From IMG/VR virus record IMGVR_UViG_3300044726_000156: a stretch of DNA of 64,000 bases. One strand, written 5' to 3'. The stretch is from a virus. Numbering within the stretch: position 1 is the first letter of the stretch; every line of letters starts with the position of its first letter. Below the pieces are notes generated by a model. It was not told where the DNA came from. It was given only the letters and a program-made list of their open reading frames with translations, and searched no databases. Made by a program: the position numbers and the translations under genes. Below are positions 22,822 to 32,710 of this stretch, piece after piece.

Positions 22822-23157
22822 ATGATCGTCTACAACGTCGCAAGGCGCTGGTTCACCGAAAAGGTGCCCGCCGAAACCTATCGCAAGTCCCGCGGCCTCT
22901 CGCCTTCACACACGCTGAAGATCACGGTCGATAACCGCGTCGATCTGGCGGCACTGCTCAACGGCCTCTGCACGCCGGTCTACGAGGCCGAGTTGTCTTT
23001 CGTGGCGCCCGTCACGTCCGAATTGGTCGAGGCCGCCTATGTCGAGCCGAGCCACAACATCCCCGACTACATCCCGCTGTTCCTGATCGACAAGGATCAG
23101 CGCGACCTCGTCGCCTACGATCGCGAGCAGCGCGGCTGCACCGGATTGGAGGGCTGA
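22822..23157 (+). CDS. Hypothetical protein (111 aa)
   Basis: First gene after the promoter; RBS CAGGAAUCAGGAA. Confidence 0.75.
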   Translation: MIVYNVARRWFTEKVPAETYRKSRGLSPSHTLKITVDNRVDLAALLNGLCTPVYEAELSFVAPVTSELVEAAYVEPSHNIPDYIPLFLIDKDQRDLVAYDREQRGCTGLEG

Positions 23158-23158
23158 C

Positions 23159-23386
23159 ATGGTTTCGCACTGGCGCATCATCTGCCGCAACGATTTCCTC
23201 GACGAGATCCACGACCATGTGTTGTTCGACGGCACCCTGGTCGAGGCGCAGAACCGCGCCTCCGAGATCTGGAACGAACGCTACGGCCACATGGCCGATC
23301 GCGGCAACTCCATCCACGTCATCGACGCCGGCGGCGAGACCGTCTTCTCGATCTTCGATTACGCCGACGACGAGGTGCAGCCATGA
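23159..23386 (+). CDS. Hypothetical protein (75 aa)
   Basis: GGAGG RBS; packed in the operon. Confidence 0.7.
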   Translation: MVSHWRIICRNDFLDEIHDHVLFDGTLVEAQNRASEIWNERYGHMADRGNSIHVIDAGGETVFSIFDYADDEVQP

Positions 23387-23814
23387 CCAAAGACGAGATG
23401 AGCAAGGTCATTGGGCAGGCGCTGCGCTCCTACGATTGGGTCGAGTACCGGCAGGCAACGCTGCCGGACTACCTCGCCAACGCCATCGCCATCAGGGAGC
23501 AGGAGACGCACAAGAACGATCTGCGCAGCGAGCTGAAGGACAAGACGATCAAGCTGGACGTGGCCAACGCCGAGATCGACAAGCTGCGCATGCACGAGCG
23601 GACGCATATCGAAAACCTAGAAGTCCTGCGTCGCAAGCTGGAAGAAGCCCGCGCCGCCGCGCCGCACTTCTACCATCCCTCGACCATGCACATGGGCGAC
23701 TGCTCGATCTGCGGCGGCACGGCGGATGCGCCGCAACACGACGTCGCCCAGTGGGAGGTGCGCTGCAAATTCGCCGAGGCGACCATCGCCGCGATCAAGG
23801 AAGCGATCCAATGA
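23383..23814 (+). CDS. Hypothetical coiled-coil protein with an HxH/CxxC segment (143 aa)
   Basis: ATGA overlaps; MHMGDCSICG...H. Confidence 0.7.
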   Translation: MTKDEMSKVIGQALRSYDWVEYRQATLPDYLANAIAIREQETHKNDLRSELKDKTIKLDVANAEIDKLRMHERTHIENLEVLRRKLEEARAAAPHFYHPSTMHMGDCSICGGTADAPQHDVAQWEVRCKFAEATIAAIKEAIQ

Positions 23815-24056
23815 CCGACATCGCACGCGCCGAGAAGGACAAGGACGGCGTCTGGTGGATCGTCTGCCAGGCGTTCCCCAACTACGTCCACCAGTGCAAG
23901 TCGCACGGCGAGGCCGATCGGCTGAAGGACGCGCTCAACAACGCCTACGAGCTTGGCAAGGAAGCCAAGCGCAGCGAGATCGCCGAGGCGCAGGGCAGGC
24001 TCGACGACCTGCTGCGTGAGCCGCTGATCGACTATTACGCGGAGGAATCACAATGA
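23811..24056 (+). CDS. Hypothetical protein (81 aa)
   Basis: MTDIARAEKDKDGVWW...; ATGA overlaps. Confidence 0.7.
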   Translation: MTDIARAEKDKDGVWWIVCQAFPNYVHQCKSHGEADRLKDALNNAYELGKEAKRSEIAEAQGRLDDLLREPLIDYYAEESQ

Positions 24057-24283
24057 CCGGCCGGACGTTCGAGAAGCTGTCCATGCCAATGGACGAGACG
24101 ACATGGTGGACGGAGGCGCGTCGCGCCGCCAAGTGGTTCTGGAGCTACCCGGAGTTGGTCGACGACGCCCACGAGGATCTCGACCATCTGCGCGAGCAGG
24201 GCACCGACCCCTACGATGCCGTCAAGGGCGTCGGTGAGGAGCTGGGCCTGCACGAGTTCGGGCCGGCGTTCGGGAGTTGGTGA
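24053..24283 (+). CDS. Hypothetical protein (76 aa)
   Basis: GGAGG RBS; overlaps its neighbours. Confidence 0.7.
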   Translation: MTGRTFEKLSMPMDETTWWTEARRAAKWFWSYPELVDDAHEDLDHLREQGTDPYDAVKGVGEELGLHEFGPAFGSW

Positions 24284-24837
24284 TGACCACGTTCACCCAA
24301 CTGCTCGATACCTTCGAGAGCACCGTCCGGGCGCACGAGATGAAGGGCGCGCTCGTCAACCGTGCCGAGCGCGACGAGGTCGAGGCGGCCTACGCGCTGG
24401 CCAAGCGGCACATCAATGAATCGGCCCGAGCGCGGCGCGACGCGCAGAGGCAAGTCGGTGGGAGGTGTGGAGACGGTTTAGCGGCCGTCGGCGAAGCATC
24501 CCCACCGGCGGCGCTATACGTCGTCCGCCACGTCGCCACCGGCGCCGTCCTGCCGCCCATACTGGGCCGTCGCGGTCGCGGCGGCTCGTTCTGGGACCCG
24601 GCCAATAAAGACTATTTCAGCCTGGGCATCCCGCGGATCTTCCACAACCGTCATGCGGCGCAGTGCTTCATCGCCAGCTGGGCGCGCGGCGAGCACCACA
24701 CCTATCGATCGAAGGGCGACATGTACGCCGGCATCGACCCGGAAGAGGAAACCGTCATTCAGGACGTCGGCCGCAGCAAGGACATGCTCGTCGCCGTGCC
24801 GATCGAGATCACGTACCTGACAGAGGACCCGAAATGA
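24283..24837 (+). CDS. Hypothetical protein (184 aa)
   Basis: TGATG coupling; C-terminal YVVRH..TG..LP...R.G..F..P...PRIF...AA...W. Confidence 0.7.
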   Translation: MTTFTQLLDTFESTVRAHEMKGALVNRAERDEVEAAYALAKRHINESARARRDAQRQVGGRCGDGLAAVGEASPPAALYVVRHVATGAVLPPILGRRGRGGSFWDPANKDYFSLGIPRIFHNRHAAQCFIASWARGEHHTYRSKGDMYAGIDPEEETVIQDVGRSKDMLVAVPIEITYLTEDPK

Positions 24838-25022
24838 CCCCCACCCAGCTCAAGGACTATCAGAAGACGTTCAAATGGGGGGTGAAAACCACCGCCGAAA
24901 AGCTGGGGGTGACGCGGTACGCCGTAATGCACTGGCGCGCTGGGAGACGCGAAATCCCCAACCCTGTGGCTATCCTGCTCACAAAGTACCGGGACGAGCT
25001 GATTTGGTTCTTCCAGCGGTGA
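24834..25022 (+). CDS. Small HTH (Cro-like) protein (62 aa)
   Basis: AEKLGVTRYAVMHWRAGRREIP.PVAIL. Confidence 0.75.
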   Translation: MTPTQLKDYQKTFKWGVKTTAEKLGVTRYAVMHWRAGRREIPNPVAILLTKYRDELIWFFQR

Positions 25023-25252
25023 TGACGGAGATCGTGCAAATGACCACGCAGCAGGACGAGGCAGACAAGTTGCCCACGCACCCGGTGCTCGGCCGCTGGA
25101 TCGCCTGCTCGTGCGGCCACCCGGTCTGCAAGCGCGTCCATCCGAGCCGCATCGGCACCTTCCATGAGGGCACCGGATTCGAGCCGGACGAAGCGCGCGA
25201 GCTGGTCATCAACATGCTCAAGCCGCGTGGCGGCAAGGGAGTGAAGCGGTGA
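25022..25252 (+). CDS. Hypothetical protein with CxCxHxxC (76 aa)
   Basis: TGATG coupling; CSCGHPVCK...GTF..G.GF. Confidence 0.65.
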   Translation: MTEIVQMTTQQDEADKLPTHPVLGRWIACSCGHPVCKRVHPSRIGTFHEGTGFEPDEARELVINMLKPRGGKGVKR

Positions 25253-25644
25253 GACCGATCCCGCTCCTGACGCTCGCCGTCGCGGCCTCGCTGCTGTCGT
25301 GCGACGATGGCGCCCGTGGCGCCGGCGTCTGCACGATCGTCACCGACGGCATGCGCGACACGTTCGAGCACGAGCGCGCCCACTGCAATGGATGGACGCA
25401 CGCACCTTTCGAGGTGGCGTACCCACCCAAGAAGTACCTGCACGACTTCCCGGGCCGGCTCACGGTGATCCCGTGCGGCGGCCGGGCGCCCAAGGGCCTG
25501 CCCAAGGGCACGATCGTCGTGAAGGGCTGCAAATCGCCGCTGAAGCAGTGCCGCAAGATGTGGGCTGCGCGTGGCACCGATGTCAGCGACGGGATCTCGT
25601 CAGGCAATTGGGCCTACGTCGCCGGCTGTCAGTTTTTCGAGTGA
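25249..25644 (+). CDS. Cys-rich putative lipoprotein or secreted protein (131 aa)
   Basis: Signal peptide MRPIPLLTLAVAASLLS-C; seven Cys including the lipobox Cys. Confidence 0.6.
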   Translation: MRPIPLLTLAVAASLLSCDDGARGAGVCTIVTDGMRDTFEHERAHCNGWTHAPFEVAYPPKKYLHDFPGRLTVIPCGGRAPKGLPKGTIVVKGCKSPLKQCRKMWAARGTDVSDGISSGNWAYVAGCQFFE

Positions 25645-25656
25645 GAGGAAATAACG

Positions 25657-25878
25657 ATGGGCTACCGTTACGAAGTGCAGGTCGACAACAAGTGGTATCC
25701 GAACGAGGTCATCTTCGCGACCGAGCACGAGGCCAGCTGCGCCGGCAACAACAAGTTCTACAACTGGACGCTGTGCCAGAACTACCGCGTCGTCCCTGAC
25801 GAGCGCGAGGTCAACTACCGCTATGACGCCGCCACCGGCGCCGTCATCCACATCGCAACCGAGAAAACCGGAGCCTAG
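25657..25878 (+). CDS. Hypothetical protein (73 aa)
   Basis: GAGGA RBS; motif EV....KW..N...FAT..EA...VNYR. Confidence 0.75.
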   Translation: MGYRYEVQVDNKWYPNEVIFATEHEASCAGNNKFYNWTLCQNYRVVPDEREVNYRYDAATGAVIHIATEKTGA

Positions 25879-25881
25879 ACC

Positions 25882-26697
25882 ATGACCGCACGAACCGAAT
25901 TCTATTCGCCGCGACCGCTGACCGAGGACGAGCTGCGCCTGCGCTGCCCGTCGATCTTCGCCAACACGGCGCACCCCAGCCGATCGAACAAGTTCGCGCC
26001 GATCGCCACCATCGAGGCGGTGCGCGCGCTGCGGCAGGAAGGCTTCGAGCCGTTCGCCGCCAAGCAGTCGCTGGTCCGCACCGACGGCACCCGCGACGCC
26101 CGCTCGCCGTGGGCCAAGCATCTGATGCGCTTTCGTCACTCCGGCGCCCACATGGTTCGCGTCGGCGACAGCGTGCTCGAGATCGTATTGACCAACGCCA
26201 ACAACGGCCAGAGCGGCTATCACATCGACGCCGGCGTGTTCAAATTGGCCTGCCTCAACGGGCTGGTGGTCAAGTCGAAGGACTGGGGCGGCATCTCGAT
26301 CCGCCACACCGGCGACCCGCGCATGATGGTCGTCGAAGGCACCTACCAGGTCATCGCCAACGCCAAGAAGGCGATGGATGCACCGGCCAAGTGGTCGAAG
26401 ATGCTGCTCAGCGACGCACGCCGTCTGCTGTTCGCGCAGGAGGCGCACAAGCTGCGCTTTGGCGACGACCACCGCATCACGCCCGAGCAGCTGCTGATCC
26501 ACCGCCGTCCGGCCGACGAGGGCCGCGATCTCTGGTCGATCTTCAATGTGGTGCAGGAGAATTGCGTCACCGGCGGCCTGGTCGGCGTCCGCGAACCCGG
26601 CAAGCGCCGCCGCGGCACCACGCGCCCGCTCGGTGCGATCGACACCAACATGCGCCTCAACAAGGCGCTGTGGGAACTCGCGGAGGAATTCGCGTGA
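25882..26697 (+). CDS. DUF932-family protein
   Basis: LT..EL...CPSIF....HPSRS.KF..I.T, KHLMRFR, EIVL.N...G.S.Y....GVFKL.CLNGLVV, IRH and DLWS.FNVVQEN. Confidence 0.9.
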   Translation: MTARTEFYSPRPLTEDELRLRCPSIFANTAHPSRSNKFAPIATIEAVRALRQEGFEPFAAKQSLVRTDGTRDARSPWAKHLMRFRHSGAHMVRVGDSVLEIVLTNANNGQSGYHIDAGVFKLACLNGLVVKSKDWGGISIRHTGDPRMMVVEGTYQVIANAKKAMDAPAKWSKMLLSDARRLLFAQEAHKLRFGDDHRITPEQLLIHRRPADEGRDLWSIFNVVQENCVTGGLVGVREPGKRRRGTTRPLGAIDTNMRLNKALWELAEEFA

Positions 26698-26885
26698 AGA
26701 CCAAGCCGGTCAAGATGCCGAAAGGCGGCGAGTGGTGGGTGGTCCTCCTGAAGGGCCAGAAGGAGGTCGTCCAGCTGACGCTGAACGACGACCGCTGCCG
26801 CTTCTACCGTGCCGGCTACGCGGAGGGCGTGCGCGCCGATCTCGACGACCCCGATGTCGTCTGGATCAGGAAGGTGTTCCTGTGA
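26694..26885 (+). CDS. Hypothetical protein (63 aa)
   Basis: GTGA overlaps; GGAGG RBS. Confidence 0.6.
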   Translation: MKTKPVKMPKGGEWWVVLLKGQKEVVQLTLNDDRCRFYRAGYAEGVRADLDDPDVVWIRKVFL

Positions 26886-27178
26886 ACAAGGGAAACGACG
26901 ACCCGGAAGAACGCGCCCGCGTCTACAGCAAGATCGCACCGCTGATCATGGCGTTCTATCGCGCCAATTCCGGTCGCACGTTTCACGCCGAGGAGCTGCA
27001 ACGCTACGTGCTCGCCTATGCACCCGACACCGCGCCAGCCAGCCCCGACCGCATCCTTCGTCTACTGCGGGAGCAGGGCAAGCTCGACTATGTCGTGCTC
27101 GACCGGCGCGCTTCGCTTTACCTGTTCAAAGCCGTTCCGAATTGGCGAAAGGAGGACGAAGATGCGCGGATGGGTTGA
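26882..27178 (+). CDS. Probable winged-helix DNA-binding protein (98 aa)
   Basis: F...EL..YV......APASPDRILRLLR.QG.LDY.V..R..SLY. Confidence 0.65.
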   Translation: MNKGNDDPEERARVYSKIAPLIMAFYRANSGRTFHAEELQRYVLAYAPDTAPASPDRILRLLREQGKLDYVVLDRRASLYLFKAVPNWRKEDEDARMG

Positions 27179-27359
27179 GCCACGCACACGACCGTGCCCG
27201 TGCGGATCCGGCAAGGATTCGCACTGGCTGAAGGACGCACGCGGCATCGAGGTGGCGCGCGTCTGCGAGACCTGCGAGGCGGGCAAGAAGGCCGGCTATC
27301 GACCGGACATTTTCACTGACAGTCAGTATTGGGCTGACGAACCAATTGATGGGGACTGA
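27162..27359 (+). CDS. SEC-C-like zinc-binding small protein (65 aa)
   Basis: CPCGSGK...DARGI..ARVC..CE; AAGGAGG RBS. Confidence 0.7.
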   Translation: MRGWVEPRTRPCPCGSGKDSHWLKDARGIEVARVCETCEAGKKAGYRPDIFTDSQYWADEPIDGD

Positions 27360-27366
27360 AAACACT

Positions 27367-28560
27367 ATGACCGCACATTCATCCATTCTCGGCGGCTCCA
27401 ACGCGCAGCGTCTGATGGTCTGCCCCGCCTCCTACCAGGAGCTGCTGCGCAGCCCCAACGCCGATGTCTCGTCGAGCTATGCCGACGAAGGCTCGATGAT
27501 GCACGAGGTCGTGTCGGCCGAGGTCGGCGGCCTGCTGGTGCCGGAGCACCTCATCGCCAATCTGACGCAGGAGCAGCGCGAGACGATCGACAAGGCCAAG
27601 GCCATGCTCAAGACGTTTATGAAGGCGTGGGGCGGCGGCTTCCGCGTCGCGGCGATCGAGGAAACGATCCCGTTTCCGGGTGTGCCCGGCTCGTTCGGCA
27701 CCGTCGATCTGGTGCTCGCCAGCAAGACCCACGTCCTGGTCCCCGACTGGAAATTCGGCGCCGGCGTGCCGGTCACCGCGCTCTATGAGCTGCCCGACGG
27801 TTCGGACATGGTCAACCCGCAGCTGGCCTTCTATGCGATCTGCGCCAAGGCGCAGCGGCCTCGCTTGTTCAAGAACAAGAAGATCGTGCTGGCGATCATC
27901 CAGCCGCGGTTGGATTCGCTCAGCGAGGTGGTCACCGACGAGGAAGAGCTGGCCGACTACCAGAAGTCGATGACCGCCGCCTATGCCGAGGCGATCGGCC
28001 GCAATCCGCATCGCGAGCGCGGCGAGCACTGCCGCTTCGCGGCCTGCAAATCGACCTGCAAGCTGTGGACCGGGCCGCTGCTCGACATCAACAAGATGGA
28101 CCCGACGCTGGCCGCCCTGAAGGCGTCGCAGGCGCCGGCGCTGGTCGGCCAGTACGGTGAGTTCCTGTCGCGCGCCATGTCGATCGCCGAGATGGCCGAG
28201 ACGTGGTCCGAGGAGATCCGCCGGCAGGCGCACATCCACCTGTCCGACGGCGGCCTCGTGCCAGGCTGGAAGTTGGTTCCCAAGCGCGGCACCCGCAAGT
28301 GGGTCAAGTCCGAGGCCGAGACCGCCGAGGCGCTGATGGAGGCCGGTATCGACCACGCCGACATCTACACCGAGCCGGAGCTGAAGAGCGTCAAGCAGGT
28401 CGAAGACGCGATCAAATCCAACAAGAAGCTCACGATCCCCGAGGAGCTGCATAACATGGTCTCGACCGGGACGACGATCGCCCACGACGATGACGATCGG
28501 CCACGGGCGACACATGCAACAGCGATCGCCGACCTCCGGTCGGCGCTCAACAAATTGTAG
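27367..28560 (+). CDS. DUF2800-family Cas4-like PD-(D/E)XK exonuclease
   Basis: HS.LGGS.A.R...CP.S, A.EGS.MH, FGT.D, DWKFG.G.PV, QL..YA, IIQPR, G.HC.F..C...C and GWKLV..R..RKW. Confidence 0.88.
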   Translation: MTAHSSILGGSNAQRLMVCPASYQELLRSPNADVSSSYADEGSMMHEVVSAEVGGLLVPEHLIANLTQEQRETIDKAKAMLKTFMKAWGGGFRVAAIEETIPFPGVPGSFGTVDLVLASKTHVLVPDWKFGAGVPVTALYELPDGSDMVNPQLAFYAICAKAQRPRLFKNKKIVLAIIQPRLDSLSEVVTDEEELADYQKSMTAAYAEAIGRNPHRERGEHCRFAACKSTCKLWTGPLLDINKMDPTLAALKASQAPALVGQYGEFLSRAMSIAEMAETWSEEIRRQAHIHLSDGGLVPGWKLVPKRGTRKWVKSEAETAEALMEAGIDHADIYTEPELKSVKQVEDAIKSNKKLTIPEELHNMVSTGTTIAHDDDDRPRATHATAIADLRSALNKL

Positions 28561-28639
28561 TAAGCGATTTTAGGTTCCTTACTACGCAGGAACGGCGTTG
28601 GTGTCGGCCGTAGACAGACACAGGAAACAGGAAAGCAAA

Positions 28640-29521
28640 ATGGCAAACAACATCACTCCCTCCGGCAGCCGTTCGCTGTCGGCCGACATGGCCTCGCGCC
28701 TGCGCAGCGGCATTGCCGAATCGCGGGCGACCACCATCCTCCCCGGCGGCAAGCCGATCTTGCGTCTTCTGAAGTCCGGCAGCTGGGTGTTCGGACAGAA
28801 CGACGACGACGTCCAGATCGGCTCCGAGTGGGCGATCAATCCGATGCAGATCGGACATGGCTGGTGCTGCTGGTCCAACAACCCGGGCAACGCCAAGAAC
28901 ACGCTGCTCGGTGAGCAGATGGTCAACGTGCTCGACCACAAGCCGATGCTGCCGGACCAGGTCCCCGGCGGCGAATGGAAGGAACAGCGGGTCTGTGACC
29001 TGATGTGCCTCAACGGCGACGACGAGGGCACCGAGGTGGTCTACAAGACCAACTCGCTCGGCGGCCTGCGTGCCTTCGACGGCCTGCTGGCGGCGATCAC
29101 CGCTCAGATCGACAACAATCCCGACTACCTCGTCGCGATCGTTCAGTTGAAGGTCGACAGCTACGATCACCAGAAATACGGGCAGACCTTCATCCCGATT
29201 CTGGACGTCGTCGGCTGGGCCGACATGGAGGGCAATCGTGCGCCCAAGGCCGGCAAGCGGGCCGCTGTCGCGGCGCCTGCAGCAACGCCGCCTGCGGCCG
29301 CTGCAGCGCCTGCCAAGCCTGCCAAGCCCGTCGTGCCGGCCAAGCCCAAGAAGGCCCCTCTGACGGTCGCTGCGGCGGCGCCAGTGGCCACGCCTGCCGA
29401 GGCCGAGGACGACGTGCCGTTCGATGTCGAGACCGAGGAGACCGTCACGGAGCCGGTCGCAGCAGTGCCGCTGCGTCCGGGTGCCCCGCCGCGTCGTCAG
29501 CGTCCGCAGCCGCGCGCCTGA
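28640..29521 (+). CDS. Probable ssDNA-binding / annealing protein
   Basis: Lies between the exonuclease and the polymerase; LRL.K.G.WVFGQ, NP....HGW..W, YKT.S.GG, Y.H.KYG..F.P; A/P-rich tail with DDVPF. Confidence 0.65.
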   Translation: MANNITPSGSRSLSADMASRLRSGIAESRATTILPGGKPILRLLKSGSWVFGQNDDDVQIGSEWAINPMQIGHGWCCWSNNPGNAKNTLLGEQMVNVLDHKPMLPDQVPGGEWKEQRVCDLMCLNGDDEGTEVVYKTNSLGGLRAFDGLLAAITAQIDNNPDYLVAIVQLKVDSYDHQKYGQTFIPILDVVGWADMEGNRAPKAGKRAAVAAPAATPPAAAAAPAKPAKPVVPAKPKKAPLTVAAAAPVATPAEAEDDVPFDVETEETVTEPVAAVPLRPGAPPRRQRPQPRA

Positions 29522-29522
29522 C

Positions 29523-31718
29523 ATGCTCGACCGGGCCAACGAAAGAGATGCGGGGGCGACATTCGCCCTCGCAGACCTCTGCTTCATCGATTTCGAAACG
29601 CGCTCGAAGCTGCCGATCACCGTCGGCACCGACCGCTACACGCTCAATGCCGACGCCATCATGCTGGCGTGGGCGATCGGCGACGAGCCGATCGAGGTCG
29701 AGGCGGTCGACGATTTCTCCGGCCCGCTGCAGTGGAAGAACATGCCACGCAAGCTGCGCGATTTCTTCAGCCGCGTCACCGCCGGCGACGCCAAGTTCGT
29801 CGCTCACCACGCTAATTTCGATCGTAATGTGTGGACGGTTTCGACGCGCGGCTTCCCGCCGATGCGTCCGAACATGATCATCGACACGCGCGCCCAGGCG
29901 ACGGCGTCCGGCCTCCCGGCGGCGCTCGATGCGGCCGCCCGCTACGTCGGCGCGTCCGAACTCAAGGACAAGCGCGGCAAGGCGCTGATCGACCTGTTCT
30001 GCGCGCCCGGCGCGATCGGGACGCCGCAGAGCCATCCCGACGAGTGGGACGAGTTCATCGCCTACGCGAACCAGGACATCGCCGCGATGCGCGACCTGTT
30101 CAATCGCACCCGGCAGCTGCCGCTCGCCGAGTGGCGCGAATACTGGGCTGCCGAGAACATCAACGACGACGGCGTGTCGATCGACATGCCGCTGGTCAAG
30201 GCGGCCGCCAATATGGCGGCGATCGACCAGAAGCACATTTCGCGCGAGCTGACCGAGCTGACCGACAAGGTCGTCACGACGGTCAATCAGGTGCAGCGCA
30301 TCGTCGCCTGGCTGGATGACGCGCTGCCCGCCGAGGGCCGCGACATGCTGGTCAAGCGATACGAGGAGGTCGACGAGGAAGGCGTCGTCACGCGGCCCAA
30401 GAAGCTGTCGCTGACGCGCGATCGGGTGCTCCGGCTCATTGCCTACCTGCAGACGCAGGAAACGCTCACAAACCGGCTGGCGGTGGCGCTGCGCGTCCTC
30501 CAGATCCGCTTGTTCGGCGGCTCCAAGACACCGGCCAAGTTCGCCAAGATGCTGGAGCAGCAGGTCGACGGCATCATTCGCAATCAATATGTCTTCAACG
30601 GCGCCTCGCAGACCGGCCGCTTCAGCGCCCGCGGCGTCCAGGTCCACAACCTGATGCGCGATGCGTTGCCGAACGAGATCGACGCGATCGACGCGCTGGC
30701 CGGCGGCATAGCGTATGACGATTTCGCCGTGCTCGGCGACGACACGCCGGTGTCGCGCAAGCTGTCGATGCTGATCCGATCGAGCTTCGTCGCCTCGCCC
30801 GGCTACGCCTTTTGCTGGGGCGACTGGTCGAACATCGAGGCCCGCCTCGTGCCGTGGCTGGCCAAAGATCCCGAGGCCGAGGCGAGGCTCGACATTTTCC
30901 GGGCTGTCGACGACGGCACAGAGAAGTTCGACATCTACACGCGCACTGCAGCCAATCTGTTCAATCTTGAGCTACCGGCGGTCACCAAGGAGATCCGTCA
31001 GGGCGGCAAGGTGGTCGAATTGGCCGCCGGATTCGGCGGCGGCTACAATGCGCTGCTGTCGATGGCCGCCGGCTACGGCATCCACATCCCCGACGAGACC
31101 GCGAAGCGGTTCATCGAGAAGTGGCGCGACGACAACGGCTGGGCGGTGCGCTTCTGGGGCAAGCACAACGACCATCACTCGTTCGGCCTGTGGGGCGCGC
31201 TGAATTCGGCGATCGAGCATCCCGAGGTCGCCTACAGCGCCGGCCGCATCACCTACATGTATCTGCCCGATTACCTTGGTGGGTCGCTGATGTGCGAGCT
31301 GCCGAGCGGCCGCTTTCTTACATACCGTAAGATCCGCTGGGAGCGCATCGACGTGCTCGACGACGACGACCAGATCGTCGACGTCAAGACCGAGCTGATG
31401 TTCTCCCGCGACATGGGACGGGTGAAGCTGTGGCCCGGCCTCGCCTGCGAGAACGTGGTCCAGGCGACGGCGGCTGACATCCTTCGCGGAACGCTGGTCA
31501 AGCTCGACGACGCCAAGCTGTCGAGCTGGATGCCGGTGGCGCTGCACACCCACGACGAGGTCGTGGTCGAAACGCTCGAGGCCGACATCCCCGACGCCGC
31601 AGCATGGCTGCAACATACGATGGAGGAAGGCTTCGACTGGTCGGACGGCCTGCCGATCGCCTCCGACACCACGGTCGGTCGCTGGTACACCAAGGCTAAG
31701 GGGAGCGTCGGGCTGTGA
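29523..31718 (+). CDS. DNA polymerase, family A, with 3'-5' exonuclease
   Basis: Exo I FIDFETRS; motif A DWSNIEAR; motif B RQGGKVVELAAGFGG; motif C HTHDEVV. Confidence 0.95.
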   Translation: MLDRANERDAGATFALADLCFIDFETRSKLPITVGTDRYTLNADAIMLAWAIGDEPIEVEAVDDFSGPLQWKNMPRKLRDFFSRVTAGDAKFVAHHANFDRNVWTVSTRGFPPMRPNMIIDTRAQATASGLPAALDAAARYVGASELKDKRGKALIDLFCAPGAIGTPQSHPDEWDEFIAYANQDIAAMRDLFNRTRQLPLAEWREYWAAENINDDGVSIDMPLVKAAANMAAIDQKHISRELTELTDKVVTTVNQVQRIVAWLDDALPAEGRDMLVKRYEEVDEEGVVTRPKKLSLTRDRVLRLIAYLQTQETLTNRLAVALRVLQIRLFGGSKTPAKFAKMLEQQVDGIIRNQYVFNGASQTGRFSARGVQVHNLMRDALPNEIDAIDALAGGIAYDDFAVLGDDTPVSRKLSMLIRSSFVASPGYAFCWGDWSNIEARLVPWLAKDPEAEARLDIFRAVDDGTEKFDIYTRTAANLFNLELPAVTKEIRQGGKVVELAAGFGGGYNALLSMAAGYGIHIPDETAKRFIEKWRDDNGWAVRFWGKHNDHHSFGLWGALNSAIEHPEVAYSAGRITYMYLPDYLGGSLMCELPSGRFLTYRKIRWERIDVLDDDDQIVDVKTELMFSRDMGRVKLWPGLACENVVQATAADILRGTLVKLDDAKLSSWMPVALHTHDEVVVETLEADIPDAAAWLQHTMEEGFDWSDGLPIASDTTVGRWYTKAKGSVGL

Positions 31719-32710
31719 AGGTCAACCTCCCTGACGCGCTCGCCACCCAGCTGCTGATCGAGGCGCTCGACAGCCTCGCCACCCATCCGATCCAGTCGGC
31801 CGCGGCGTTCAGGAACCTCGTGCTGTCCGACATGGCCATCATGGCGATCAATCCGATGATCGACATCAACGACACGGCGATGGCGGTCGCGCAGGATATG
31901 TTCGACGGCATGCGGCGGGCGGTCAAGGACGGCCGGATGATCGACTTCGGGTTCGTTCCGAACGCCACCATCAAGGCGGAATCGTTGCGGGCCAGAGACG
32001 CCTTCGAGGGCGGCGACCTGGTCCACCCCTATGATGAGTGGGTCGGCGTGATGGCGTGGGAGGGCGGCTTCAACGCCTATTGCGTGTCGCAGCCACCCGA
32101 CAAGGACGGCGTGGTGTCGGTGATCGAGATGTACGGCGTCCGATTGCCGCCGGTCGACGTGCTGCTGCTCTACGATGTTTCGCGCATCGAGATCCGCGAC
32201 GGCCAGACCTATACCCAGCTGGCGCCGCTGAACTACCCCGACGAGCTGGACACCAAGGCGCTGCGTGACGGCTTCGATCTCGGCCGCGTCGCCAACACGC
32301 TGGATCCGTTGGTGACGATGTTGCGGTTGCTCGCCGACGCATCGATCCCGATCAGTCGCTTCACCGCACCGCCGGCGCTCAACAAGGCGCGCGCCCGTAA
32401 GGGCAAGCCGCCGATCCCCGATCACTCGATCGTCCACTGCCACGACTATGTCAGCCAATTGAAGGCGCACGGCAGCCGCACCCAGGGTGTCGGCGCCGGC
32501 CACCACGCCTCTCCGGTCGCCCATTGGCGCCGGTCTCACCTTCGCCACCTCTCCGACGAGCGCGTCGTCAAAGTCCGATCGTCGAGGGTCAACTGGCGCG
32601 AGCCAGCTGAACTGCATCGTCTGTTTTCAATCGTCCAACGCGGGGACACCCAACATGAAAAACGTCGTTCCACTACCAGCACCACGGTCACTGATCACGC
32701 TGACCGATAG
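31715..32710 (+). CDS. Hypothetical protein (331 aa)
   Basis: GTGA overlap; C-terminal HASP..HWRR.H.R motif common in phage proteins. Confidence 0.75.
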   Translation: MKVNLPDALATQLLIEALDSLATHPIQSAAAFRNLVLSDMAIMAINPMIDINDTAMAVAQDMFDGMRRAVKDGRMIDFGFVPNATIKAESLRARDAFEGGDLVHPYDEWVGVMAWEGGFNAYCVSQPPDKDGVVSVIEMYGVRLPPVDVLLLYDVSRIEIRDGQTYTQLAPLNYPDELDTKALRDGFDLGRVANTLDPLVTMLRLLADASIPISRFTAPPALNKARARKGKPPIPDHSIVHCHDYVSQLKAHGSRTQGVGAGHHASPVAHWRRSHLRHLSDERVVKVRSSRVNWREPAELHRLFSIVQRGDTQHEKRRSTTSTTVTDHADR

